A DNA stretch of 32,422 bases from Candidatus Helarchaeota archaeon (GCA_029838215.1 JALGVI010000030.1:1-32422); one strand, 5' to 3'; positions 1 through 8,358 are shown, numbered from the stretch's first letter. Program-made: numbers and translations. The notes: generated by a model not told the origin, from the letters alone.

Positions 1-23
1 CGGATTATCAAGATGTCGTCCAT
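1..23 (-). CDS. 5' end of a gene running off the left edge (MDDILII...)
   Basis: The ATG at 23-21 on the minus strand opens a frame that continues out of the window, divergent from the 180 ORF. It is too short to identify. Confidence 0.25.
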
Positions 24-136
24 TTTTCAAAACCAAATACGTGTTTCTCTATCAACCATTGGAACAAACAACGTTTAATCTAGCATTCAGAAATAAATTT
101 TTTTCTCATTCCTACAAAGAATTTAAAAATCACAAA

Positions 137-144
137 TTAATATA
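137..144 (+). promoter_or_regulatory. putative archaeal TATA box for the 180 gene
   Basis: TTAATATA preceded by A-rich sequence, about 35 nt upstream of the ATG at 180. Confidence 0.3.
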
Positions 145-179
145 TGAGATAAAATCATGTAAGCGGAGATTCTCGTTAA

Positions 180-842
180 ATGAAGAAAAATTTCTATAAG
201 GCACGTCTTTTCATTGGAGTTTTCTTCATTCTAGGAATTCTAGTGGTAACCAACATTGCTTTGACCTGTGCATTAAAAAATATAGCAATGAACAGTGATG
301 CTCAAGCACCGTGGAATGAACAAGACTTGAATTTGTGCGTGAACACCGTTCAAGTGAACATCACCCAAGACAATATAACAGTACCTTCCTCAGTAAGAGT
401 CATGGGAGAAATTGTAATTTCTGTCAAGTTCGAAGTAAACGAAACGCTCTCTTCAGGATACATTCAAGTCAAGATCGTCATGAATCGACCCGTGAATCAG
501 GCTTTTCCACCATATTATCCTGCTGTTATTACGGAATTGGTTCAAGCAGAAAATTTCGAAAGTGTAGCCGTTGGGACAGAATACACGAGTACTGCCAGTT
601 ACAAGGTGGTTGGATTTACGGGGCAGATTTGGTTTGATGTTTCTCTTTATTACATAAATAGTTCGGATAATATTTTCCTGAACTCCACTCAATCAGAACT
701 TGTTTCGGTCCAACCCGGAGACGACACGATTTTTAATGTCGTTTCTCTGACGATCATGTTTACTGCATTAGGTGTGGGTGCTGGAATTTTGGTACTAAGT
801 TTTTTTCCGAAAAAACACGAGTCTCCAAAAAGTTCAAAATAA
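180..842 (+). CDS. hypothetical membrane-anchored surface glycoprotein
   Basis: Basic N-terminus plus hydrophobic signal/anchor, a beta-rich middle with N-x-S/T sequons (NIT x2, NET, NSS, NST), and a C-terminal TM helix followed by a basic tail. Confidence 0.7.
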   Translation: MKKNFYKARLFIGVFFILGILVVTNIALTCALKNIAMNSDAQAPWNEQDLNLCVNTVQVNITQDNITVPSSVRVMGEIVISVKFEVNETLSSGYIQVKIVMNRPVNQAFPPYYPAVITELVQAENFESVAVGTEYTSTASYKVVGFTGQIWFDVSLYYINSSDNIFLNSTQSELVSVQPGDDTIFNVVSLTIMFTALGVGAGILVLSFFPKKHESPKSSK

Positions 843-1001
843 CTTATTCGAATATTAAGTTTGAAGTCTTCTTGTGACCGACTTGATTATGAGAAAAATA
901 AGTAATTTTCATTTAACCGAAGGTTTAGTAGATTACCGACTTATTTAAGATGAATACTATCCATGAGAATTTCGCATTATTTTAGCTCATTTATGATTTA
1001 G

Positions 1002-1577
1002 ATAGATGGGGATGATGTTATCACCTGCCCGTATTGTGGTGCTAAAACGCCCGGAGACATGTTTTGTTCCGTAGAGTGCATGAAAAAAGCTAAGGCAAAA
1101 AAAGAGCATGATGTAGACGAAGATCAAGAAATCCAACAACTTTACAAGTTATTACCTGAATTGACTCACGATTTTCTTTTTTGTGCCTTCCATAAGCAAA
1201 AATTAGCCGTAGGAAAGCCAGAGCCAATTCCCGATGATCTCAAGGAAAAATATGTTGAGAAAAGAAAAAAGTTTTGTCCCCGTTGTTATCGAACTTATGG
1301 ATATTCGTACCTATTAATAAAGAAGGATGTAATAGAAGAAGAAAATAATGAAGAGGAAACGGAGAAATGGGATTTTAAATTGCTTCCTTTTGACGAGATG
1401 AAGGATTTTCTTTTTGATTTAAATCATTATGTTGATAAGGAACACGTTTCAAATTTAAATGAACCAAAACAAGAGATGTTTCGTCCTAGACAACGCCCGA
1501 GAGGCAATTATCGACAAAGAAGAAAGAAACCTTATAAAAGAAAAAAGACATTTAGAAAAACCAGAAAACAAACCTGA
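1002..1577 (+). CDS. double zinc-finger protein with Arg/Lys-rich C-terminal tail; true start uncertain
   Basis: The frame is open from 1002, after TAG 999-1001. It encodes CPYCGAKTPGDMFCSVEC (DUF2116/FCS/TRASH-like), then CAFH...CPRC, then a basic tail. The ATG at 1059 in the ORF track falls inside the first finger. Confidence 0.65.
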   Translation: MDGDDVITCPYCGAKTPGDMFCSVECMKKAKAKKEHDVDEDQEIQQLYKLLPELTHDFLFCAFHKQKLAVGKPEPIPDDLKEKYVEKRKKFCPRCYRTYGYSYLLIKKDVIEEENNEEETEKWDFKLLPFDEMKDFLFDLNHYVDKEHVSNLNEPKQEMFRPRQRPRGNYRQRRKKPYKRKKTFRKTRKQT

Positions 1578-1683
1578 CTTCGACATGATTTTTAAGTTAT
1601 GATTTTTTAAAAAGTATTGACGGAGAGGGTAAAAACGTTTCACTGGAGCTTAAAATGAACATGCACGAAAATGTAGGGGCAAA

Positions 1684-2676
1684 ATGCGAATGAATGATGG
1701 TAGTGATGATTTTTCCGACTCTAGGTATTCCGATAACGACTGGACTTCGCAGGATGCGAAAACAGTAATTGATGAGTTTAAAAAAATTCATGAAATTGAA
1801 GAAGACATCGTACCCATATCTGAAGGAGTGAGTGATGTCTCAGAAGTCACGATCGAATTAGAAGCCTTACGAAAAATGCTTTTCCACGTGTATGAATTCG
1901 GCAACTTTGAAGATGCAATAAAAAAGTGGAAAGAAGTTTACGGGTTAATGATAGGAAGAATCGAATATGGTCGATTGATCATAACAGATGCAGCACCCAT
2001 TACCCATGGAACGGCTCGTGGCGTGGAATTTAAGAAAGATGATTACGTGTTCGCAGCAAAACTCAATGACATGATAACTGCAGACACTGAACGAAAAGAG
2101 TTTTTCGTTGGATGGTATCATAGCCATCCCGCCATTGGCTTGTTTCTATCAGGAGTGGATTTAGTTAACCATTTAGGATATCAATTAGTAAATGAAGTTG
2201 CGGCGGCAATCGTCTTCGATCATTGTCTTCTTCTTGAAAAACAGATCCCGTTCAAAGTATTTCGTCTTGATTCGGTGGACTTCTCGAGCCAAGATGATTT
2301 GGGTTATCATGAAGTTAGTTACATCATTCCAGGGATCAGCGAAGAAGAACAATTCCTTTTAGCAAGGGAAATGCACGATGAAATAGCCAAGGATTTGAAA
2401 AAAACACGCAGCAATTCAGCAGAGAAATTGTTCCGCAAGCAAGTAGAAAGCGAATATAGGGAATTCATGAAAAGAGTTAGAAAAGAACACATTGAATACG
2501 AAAAAACGGATTATAAGAAATTACGAAAGGGAAAGAAGGTCAGCAAGGCCAACCGTACTGCTCCCAGGAAAAAAGGCGGAAAGAAAAAACCAAAGGCGAA
2601 AAAAGCAAAAAAATCGAAGAAAACAAAGAAAGCAAAGGAGAAAAAGAAATCTAAAAAATCAAAGAAGAAGTCTTAA
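1684..2676 (+). CDS. JAMM/MPN+ (Rpn11/CSN5-like) metallo-isopeptidase with C-terminal helices and Lys-rich tail
   Basis: KEVYGLMIG (catalytic Glu) and GWYHSHPAIGLFLSGVD form an intact E...HxH-x7-S-x2-D motif. Confidence 0.9.
   Translation: MRMNDGSDDFSDSRYSDNDWTSQDAKTVIDEFKKIHEIEEDIVPISEGVSDVSEVTIELEALRKMLFHVYEFGNFEDAIKKWKEVYGLMIGRIEYGRLIITDAAPITHGTARGVEFKKDDYVFAAKLNDMITADTERKEFFVGWYHSHPAIGLFLSGVDLVNHLGYQLVNEVAAAIVFDHCLLLEKQIPFKVFRLDSVDFSSQDDLGYHEVSYIIPGISEEEQFLLAREMHDEIAKDLKKTRSNSAEKLFRKQVESEYREFMKRVRKEHIEYEKTDYKKLRKGKKVSKANRTAPRKKGGKKKPKAKKAKKSKKTKKAKEKKKSKKSKKKS
2515..2673 (+). repeat. Lys-rich low-complexity coding tract (KKAKKSKKTKKAK-type)
   Basis: The last ~53 codons of the MPN gene are dominated by AAA/AAG. 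Confidence 0.85.
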
Positions 2677-2679
2677 TTT

Positions 2680-3237
2680 TCAATCGAAGAAATAATCCAT
2701 CAATACTTCATCATAATATTGACCATTTATGCGGTATTGCTTCTTACGCATTCCTACCTTAATGAAGCCCATATCTTCATATAATTTTATGGCATTTTTA
2801 TTTGTTGAAAAAACTGCGAGGCAAATTTTCTCAAAATTCTTTTTTCTTGCTTCTTCAATTGAGGATGTCATCAATTTTCGTCCTATGGAGGGTTTAGCAT
2901 GACGAAATTCTTTTTTTATCAATATTCCCAGTTCTCCAACATAACAGGCTTCCCACGTGCTATGTTCAATCACGCATTGGCCGACAACCTTTCCTTCAAA
3001 ATCAGCCACAATTATGATATTTTTCTCTTCTTCATGATTATAAAACCAGCTAGTGCGTTCATATTCTGAGGTGATTTGTGTTATGACGGGAATGTAGCAC
3101 CTTTCTTGAACAACTTGATTGAAATTTGCCCACAAATCATCGAGGTCTTCACGTAAAGCATTACGAATCGTGATAGAAACGTTACGTCCATCCTTTAAAA
3201 CAGTTTGAAAAGTTGCTGACATTGACTCACATCTCAA
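2680..3237 (-). CDS. GNAT family N-acetyltransferase
   Basis: VVGQCVI, GELGILIKKEFR...IGRKLM (motif A), LAVFSTNKNAIKLYEDMGF (motif B). Confidence 0.9.
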   Translation of the reverse strand: MRCESMSATFQTVLKDGRNVSITIRNALREDLDDLWANFNQVVQERCYIPVITQITSEYERTSWFYNHEEEKNIIIVADFEGKVVGQCVIEHSTWEACYVGELGILIKKEFRHAKPSIGRKLMTSSIEEARKKNFEKICLAVFSTNKNAIKLYEDMGFIKVGMRKKQYRINGQYYDEVLMDYFFD

Positions 3238-3252
3238 GCCAGGGATGTCATA

Positions 3253-3771
3253 TCATACGTTGATGTCTTCAGGACGATCTTCAAAGGCACGAAGTGGAAT
3301 ATCTTTACAGATACCATCGGGAGTAGTGCGTCGAATGGTGAGCGGTAAGATTTTTAGCTTTAGCTCGTATTCAGCAATGGAGATGGGTTCTTTTTTCACG
3401 TATGGAGGAATTTCAGACACCAGTATGGGAGCGGACATTGAGATTTGCAGGGCTCTTGCACCTATGATCCTGGAGCGTTCATACTTGGTTAGATATCGAG
3501 GTCCAATCCAATCGATTTTGATTTTTTTCAATCCTTCACGGACTAATTCGTCAATACTTGCCTCAATATCTTCAACGTGCACTTCCACTTCATCTTCAAG
3601 TTCGGTTTCTTCAGGGATTTCGACCTTTTTTTTCTTGGCTTTCTTTATTGTTTTCTTTATTTTTCGGACTTTTTTAGCCTTCTTGGCTCTTTTTGTTTTT
3701 TTTGCTTTTTTTGCTGTTTTTTTCGCTTTAGGCGTTTTTTTAGAAGAAGTTTTCTTTTTTGCCTTACCCAT
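3253..3771 (-). CDS. rpoK: DNA-directed RNA polymerase subunit Rpo6/RpoK (RPB6 homolog) with long basic+acidic N-terminal extension
   Basis: LTKYERSRIIGARALQISMSAP...IAEYEL...LPLTIRR..PDG matches the RPB6/Rpo6 core. Confidence 0.95.
   Translation of the reverse strand: MGKAKKKTSSKKTPKAKKTAKKAKKTKRAKKAKKVRKIKKTIKKAKKKKVEIPEETELEDEVEVHVEDIEASIDELVREGLKKIKIDWIGPRYLTKYERSRIIGARALQISMSAPILVSEIPPYVKKEPISIAEYELKLKILPLTIRRTTPDGICKDIPLRAFEDRPEDINV
3625..3771 (-). repeat. Lys-rich low-complexity coding tract (H1-like) at the RpoK N-terminus
   Basis: The first 49 aa contain 27 Lys, 2 Arg and no acidic residue. Confidence 0.85.
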
Positions 3772-3881
3772 TTTTTGTAATCACCACTAACGAGAACCTA
3801 GAGTAACCATGGATACAAAATTAAAAAAATTGAGTATTACACAAAGAAAGCTCACGGATTATTTAAATTTTATCATGTCCA

Positions 3882-5549
3882 TCAAGTTCTCAAGAAATCC
3901 GAGCTTGATTTTCTAATAACTCCTGATAAGAGATTCAAACGGATCATATCTTCCAAAAGGAGAATAATTTGAGTATTAGTTATTGCAACTCTTTCGTGAA
4001 TTTCTTGAAATGTCAATACACCATCGTCTTTTTCTTTGACCATTTGAATGATCAGCTCCCGAATACCCATTTCATTTACGAGCTGGTCATCTTTAATGTC
4101 ATAAAAGAGGTTACGTAAGAATCCATTTTGTTTTAAATCAGTAATGATCTCGCGAAGCACCAATTCTGAATAGTTCAATCGTTCAGAAATTTCTTTTATC
4201 GTCATTTTTGCCTTAGAACCGACAAGTTGAGTAACTTCAGTCGTGAAGGAATTGATCCAATCCGGAACATCCTTTGGAAATTCTTCAATTTCTTCAATCG
4301 TGAATTCAAGCTTATGATAGTCGGACCCTGTCGCCAAGTTCGGATCATTCAACCTGTAAATGTCGAATCCATAATTCTTACGTCTCTCATCATACTTGGT
4401 GTGGTCAAATACGAGGGCAATGGCTTTTGGATTAGCACTTTGAAAGCCTAAATGATTGATGATGTCAGTGTGAGAAAGGAATAGATTTAACCCGGGATGG
4501 CTATGATACCATCCAACTATGAATTCACCCTTACCTTCAGCATAAAGAGCGTCATCAATTTGAGCTGCCTTGATATAATGTTCATCCTTGAATGCAAATT
4601 CGGAGGAGCTGCCAGACATTATTGGCACCGCATCCACGCAAAAAACATCGTCTCCTTCAATCCGACCTATCAGCCATCCGGCTGTCTCCACCCATTTACT
4701 CTCAGGAATACCACTATTAGCATAATATAACATGTGAAGCATCATGTTACGATATGCCTTGCAATTTATGATGACTTTTCCTTTTTCCTTGATTTGAGCT
4801 TTTTGGAGGTGAAGCTTATCATCATTTACGAAATTTGACAATACCTTGTGGAAAGTACCTAGTAAATTTGCCCTCAATGCCGGTCCTGCAAATGATAATC
4901 GGTCAGATTGGGGCTCTATTGATGAAACGAGAATGTCCTTTGCTTCACTTGCTTTTCCTTCTAATAAGTATTTTAAGAACAGCGTTAGATCGAGACCCAT
5001 TCCAGAAACATCAAGCATTTCAAGTTCTTGCATGTGGACATTTATCAGAGACATGGCTTCTTCTTTTTTGTTTAAGAGGAGAAAGATAATTGCCTTGAAA
5101 TTCTGATAAATTATTGCTCTTTCATGTATGAACCTCTTTAGGACACCTTCTTCCAGATCAACTCGTTTTTTTGTAAAATCAATTGCCTTATCGAAAAACT
5201 TTAATGCCGTCTGAAGATTCTTATCGCCTTCAGTATCATCAAATGAAAGGAGACATGTTCCAATGTCTGCACAACATTTAGCAATATGTTCCAAGGTATT
5301 CGCCTTTTCTGCAGAACTTTTCGATATAACTTTAATTGATTCGTCAAATACCTTGATTGCTTTTTTATATTCACCCAGTTCTGAAAAACAAGCAGCCGCA
5401 CGGTAAAGAAACGTGGCAATCTTTAATTCTCTATCATCAGCTTCACTTTTTTTAACTTCTGAAATCAAAGCCAAATAAATTTTTATGGCATCTTGGAATT
5501 TACCCTGGGTTTCCATTAAATGGGCTTTTTCTTCCATTGACATGCCCAA
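3882..5549 (-). CDS. multidomain protein: TPR-like helical repeats + JAMM/MPN+ + two winged-helix (PCI-like) domains
   Basis: TPR-like motifs (AAACFSELGEYKKAIKVFDESI); MPN with VETAGWLIG and GWYHSHPGLNLFLSHTD; C-terminal MTIKEISERL...LREIITDLKQNG and LTFQEIHERV...LLEDMIRLNLLSGVI. The start may be ATG 5543 rather than TTG 5549. Confidence 0.85.
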   Translation of the reverse strand: MGMSMEEKAHLMETQGKFQDAIKIYLALISEVKKSEADDRELKIATFLYRAAACFSELGEYKKAIKVFDESIKVISKSSAEKANTLEHIAKCCADIGTCLLSFDDTEGDKNLQTALKFFDKAIDFTKKRVDLEEGVLKRFIHERAIIYQNFKAIIFLLLNKKEEAMSLINVHMQELEMLDVSGMGLDLTLFLKYLLEGKASEAKDILVSSIEPQSDRLSFAGPALRANLLGTFHKVLSNFVNDDKLHLQKAQIKEKGKVIINCKAYRNMMLHMLYYANSGIPESKWVETAGWLIGRIEGDDVFCVDAVPIMSGSSSEFAFKDEHYIKAAQIDDALYAEGKGEFIVGWYHSHPGLNLFLSHTDIINHLGFQSANPKAIALVFDHTKYDERRKNYGFDIYRLNDPNLATGSDYHKLEFTIEEIEEFPKDVPDWINSFTTEVTQLVGSKAKMTIKEISERLNYSELVLREIITDLKQNGFLRNLFYDIKDDQLVNEMGIRELIIQMVKEKDDGVLTFQEIHERVAITNTQIILLLEDMIRLNLLSGVIRKSSSDFLRT

Positions 5550-5570
5550 TTCCTAGCCTTTAAAAAAAGA

Positions 5571-6119
5571 TTAATCAACCTTAATATTTTTCACGAGTGC
5601 TTTAGCCAATGTAGTAAAGGCTTCATTGACATTTTTATTTTCCTTAGCAGAGGTCTCTATGAAATCAATGCACCCGATTCGTTCTTTCAACGCCTTGCCT
5701 TCTTCAGAGGATACTTCCTTGTTCTCCAAATCGATCTTGTTTGCTATGAGTACTTTCTGGTGATTTCCTTGTATGTGTTTTTCACAGTTTGGTAGCCAAT
5801 CAGTTTCAATTCTGTTAAACGTGGATTTTCTTGATACATCGTAGACAATTAGCACTCCTTGACTTCCTTGGAAATATACATTTAGCATTTGCGCCCAACG
5901 ATCCTGTTGACCAGCCAAATCCCATAGAGTAAACTTGATCTTCGTGCCATCATCAAGTTCCAAAGTCTTTAGGTATATATTTGCACCCATCGTTGATTTA
6001 TATTCTTCACTGAACTTATCCGTTACGTATTTTTTCACGAGTGATGTTTTGCCTACGGCAGGTTCGCCGATCAGAATCACCTTAAACACATATAGCGGTA
6101 GCTTCTTCATATCTTGCAC
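5571..6119 (-). CDS. Rab-like small GTPase (Ras superfamily)
   Basis: G1 GEPAVGKT, G2 YKSTMG, G3 WDLAGQ, G4 NKID, G5 ETSAK. No C-terminal prenylation Cys. Confidence 0.95.
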   Translation of the reverse strand: MQDMKKLPLYVFKVILIGEPAVGKTSLVKKYVTDKFSEEYKSTMGANIYLKTLELDDGTKIKFTLWDLAGQQDRWAQMLNVYFQGSQGVLIVYDVSRKSTFNRIETDWLPNCEKHIQGNHQKVLIANKIDLENKEVSSEEGKALKERIGCIDFIETSAKENKNVNEAFTTLAKALVKNIKVD

Positions 6120-6375
6120 CTTTATCCGCCCTTGTTAAATTTCCTTATTTCCAGATTAGTGATTAATTTGTTGAATTTAGACTTCATATCCAGATATAAT
6201 TTGTTGCTTGAATATTAAAATTAATGAGGTATAATAACAATTCCTTATTTTTCTTCAGTATGATTAATCTTTTTTTAAGATTTTTATCATTCTGGTATAT
6301 ATCAGTCATCAATCTTTTGATAAAAATTATAAGTTAAATTTTAATTTTGTTGCAATTTCTAAAATGAGTTGTTTT

Positions 6376-6873
6376 TTAGAGTTTTAACGACATGAGATAG
6401 GCGTCTTCGCCGTCTTTGTAATATCCTGAAAGAGTTTTTACGATTTTAAAGTTAAATTGCTTGTACATTTCAATTGCAGGAGCATTAGAAATGCGGACTT
6501 CTAGAATGGCTTCTTTTACACCATAATCTTCTTTCATTGATTGCAATCCTGCTTTTAAGAGATGAGTTGCGATTTTTTGTTTCCTAAATTGTTCTCTCAC
6601 GGCAATAGAAACCAGATGTCCCTTTTTTGTCCATTTTAGACCAAAGTTCGAAATTCCCTTCTCTTCACGAAACATGCAGTAACCGATGAGCGAGTTCTCG
6701 GAAGTATGCTCAGCTACCAAAAAGCTTTTGGGATATTTATAATAGATTTGTCGAAAGAAGTAATCGGGATAATTTTCGGGCAAGCATGTCAAATTAATTT
6801 CCATGACCTGTTCCAAATCATCTTCCGTGAAGTGCCTGATTTTAAAATGGTTTGGTATTGTTTCTTTTTTCAT
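6376..6873 (-). CDS. ard1: Ard1/Naa10-like N-alpha-acetyltransferase
   Basis: INLTCLPENY, GHLVSIAV..QFRKQKIA, LEVRISNAPAIEMY, YYKDGEDAYLM. Confidence 0.9.
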   Translation of the reverse strand: MKKETIPNHFKIRHFTEDDLEQVMEINLTCLPENYPDYFFRQIYYKYPKSFLVAEHTSENSLIGYCMFREEKGISNFGLKWTKKGHLVSIAVREQFRKQKIATHLLKAGLQSMKEDYGVKEAILEVRISNAPAIEMYKQFNFKIVKTLSGYYKDGEDAYLMSLKL

Positions 6874-7038
6874 TGAAATGATCTCGCGAGCAACATTGAC
6901 TTTTGTAATAATACCACGTCTTCGGAAAATAACTCATGCACGAACATGTAAGCAATTCATAAAAGTTAAAAAAGAAATATAAATGCTTTTAAAAAAAGAT
7001 TATTTCTCCGATTTTGAAAATAATATCCTTGTAAGGAC

Positions 7039-8358
7039 GTGAATGGAATTTCAAGCAGGCGACCATTTAACTTTTATCAGATTCGAGAGTGTATTGAAGA
7101 AGAATTCGAGATAATAGATGAGAAATTTGATTATATGAGTGGTATACCTGTTTTTCTCATCAATCCGAAACCAATACACGGTTTGCTGGAAGATGGGTTT
7201 AGTAGATTGATAAGGAGCTTTGAACAAATGGATCTCATTCCTGTCTTGCGAGATCCCAACGCTCTCGAAAGGGAGCTCATTCGTTATGATCTTCAGGTCA
7301 AGACATCCGACAAGTTTCTCACGCTCCAAATAGTTCCCGTGAAAAAAAAGCCTCAAAAGGAAAGACGTTACTTGGTAAATTTAGGGCTTTTCATTGCCAC
7401 GTGTTTTTCTGTAGTTTTTGCTGCTTTCATATATGTTTTTTTCATGGACCCTCTTTATGGGGGTTTATTTCCATATTTCAGGGACATGAGTCTTCCGTTT
7501 TTGATAATGTTTTATGCCATTAGCGTGTTGGGAATTTTAGGATTGCATGAAGCAGGGCATTTGGTTGCTCTTAAAAAACACGACATTCGCGGGACGTTGC
7601 CTTATTTCATTCCACTTCCATTCCCACCTTTAGGGACTTTGGGGGCCATCATAAAGCAGGAAAGTCCTGCAAAAAACAGGAATGAGTTATTTGACATGGG
7701 ATTATCGGGACCTTTGGTGGGCTTTGTTGTCTCAGTAATAGTTTTAATAATAGGATTGCTCCTGACTCGAACCATTAATACTGATGACTACATTAATTTT
7801 ATGGTTATCTTGAGTAATACAAGCCCATTTTTGCCCGACACGACACATTACGAGTTTGCCCAGAGTCTCCGTGGTCCACCAATGCCACTTCCTGCAATTT
7901 TTTATATTCTGGAGCCGATCTTAAAGCCTACCGAATTATTTACCACCATGAGCCCTCATTATGGCGTGACTCTTCCCGATCAATATTCGTTCATGCATCC
8001 GATAGCTTTTGCTGGCTGGGTTGGTTTACTGCTGACGAGTTTGAACATGATGACTGTCGGACAGTTAGATGGCGGTCATGTCATCAGGGCTGTCTTCGGA
8101 AATAAATCTTTTAGAGTTCCTTATACGAATTATTATTTACCATATTACAAGTTAGCGGCTTTAATTGGATTGGCTTTTCTTGCAGTATATAACCCAATTT
8201 TCGCATTCTTGATCTTGGCACTTTCCCGTTTTTCATTGACGCATCCAGGTCCGTTAAATGACGTGTCATCTCTTTCAACGTCTCGCAAAATTGCTTTTAT
8301 TGGATTTTTAATAGTCATTGTATTGTCCACTACACCAGGAAGTTTATTAATGCTTTAA
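7039..8358 (+). CDS. site-2 protease (peptidase M50) intramembrane zinc metalloprotease
   Basis: HEAGH in a TM helix, PFPPLGTLGA, AGWVG, NMMTVGQLDGGH; GTG start. Confidence 0.92.
   Translation: MNGISSRRPFNFYQIRECIEEEFEIIDEKFDYMSGIPVFLINPKPIHGLLEDGFSRLIRSFEQMDLIPVLRDPNALERELIRYDLQVKTSDKFLTLQIVPVKKKPQKERRYLVNLGLFIATCFSVVFAAFIYVFFMDPLYGGLFPYFRDMSLPFLIMFYAISVLGILGLHEAGHLVALKKHDIRGTLPYFIPLPFPPLGTLGAIIKQESPAKNRNELFDMGLSGPLVGFVVSVIVLIIGLLLTRTINTDDYINFMVILSNTSPFLPDTTHYEFAQSLRGPPMPLPAIFYILEPILKPTELFTTMSPHYGVTLPDQYSFMHPIAFAGWVGLLLTSLNMMTVGQLDGGHVIRAVFGNKSFRVPYTNYYLPYYKLAALIGLAFLAVYNPIFAFLILALSRFSLTHPGPLNDVSSLSTSRKIAFIGFLIVIVLSTTPGSLLML

Noticed and set aside
1-23. ThiI-like N-terminus (ILIIR)
   Set aside because: Only 7 codons are visible, so no assignment is supportable.
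877-943. ACCGACTT direct repeat and a 19-codon ORF in the intergenic region
   Set aside because: Only two short copies with no array structure, which is compatible with chance.
3245-3790. 181-aa plus-strand ORF with an F/L-rich, TM-looking end
   Set aside because: It is the antisense shadow of rpoK; the Phe/Leu run is the complement of the Lys codons.
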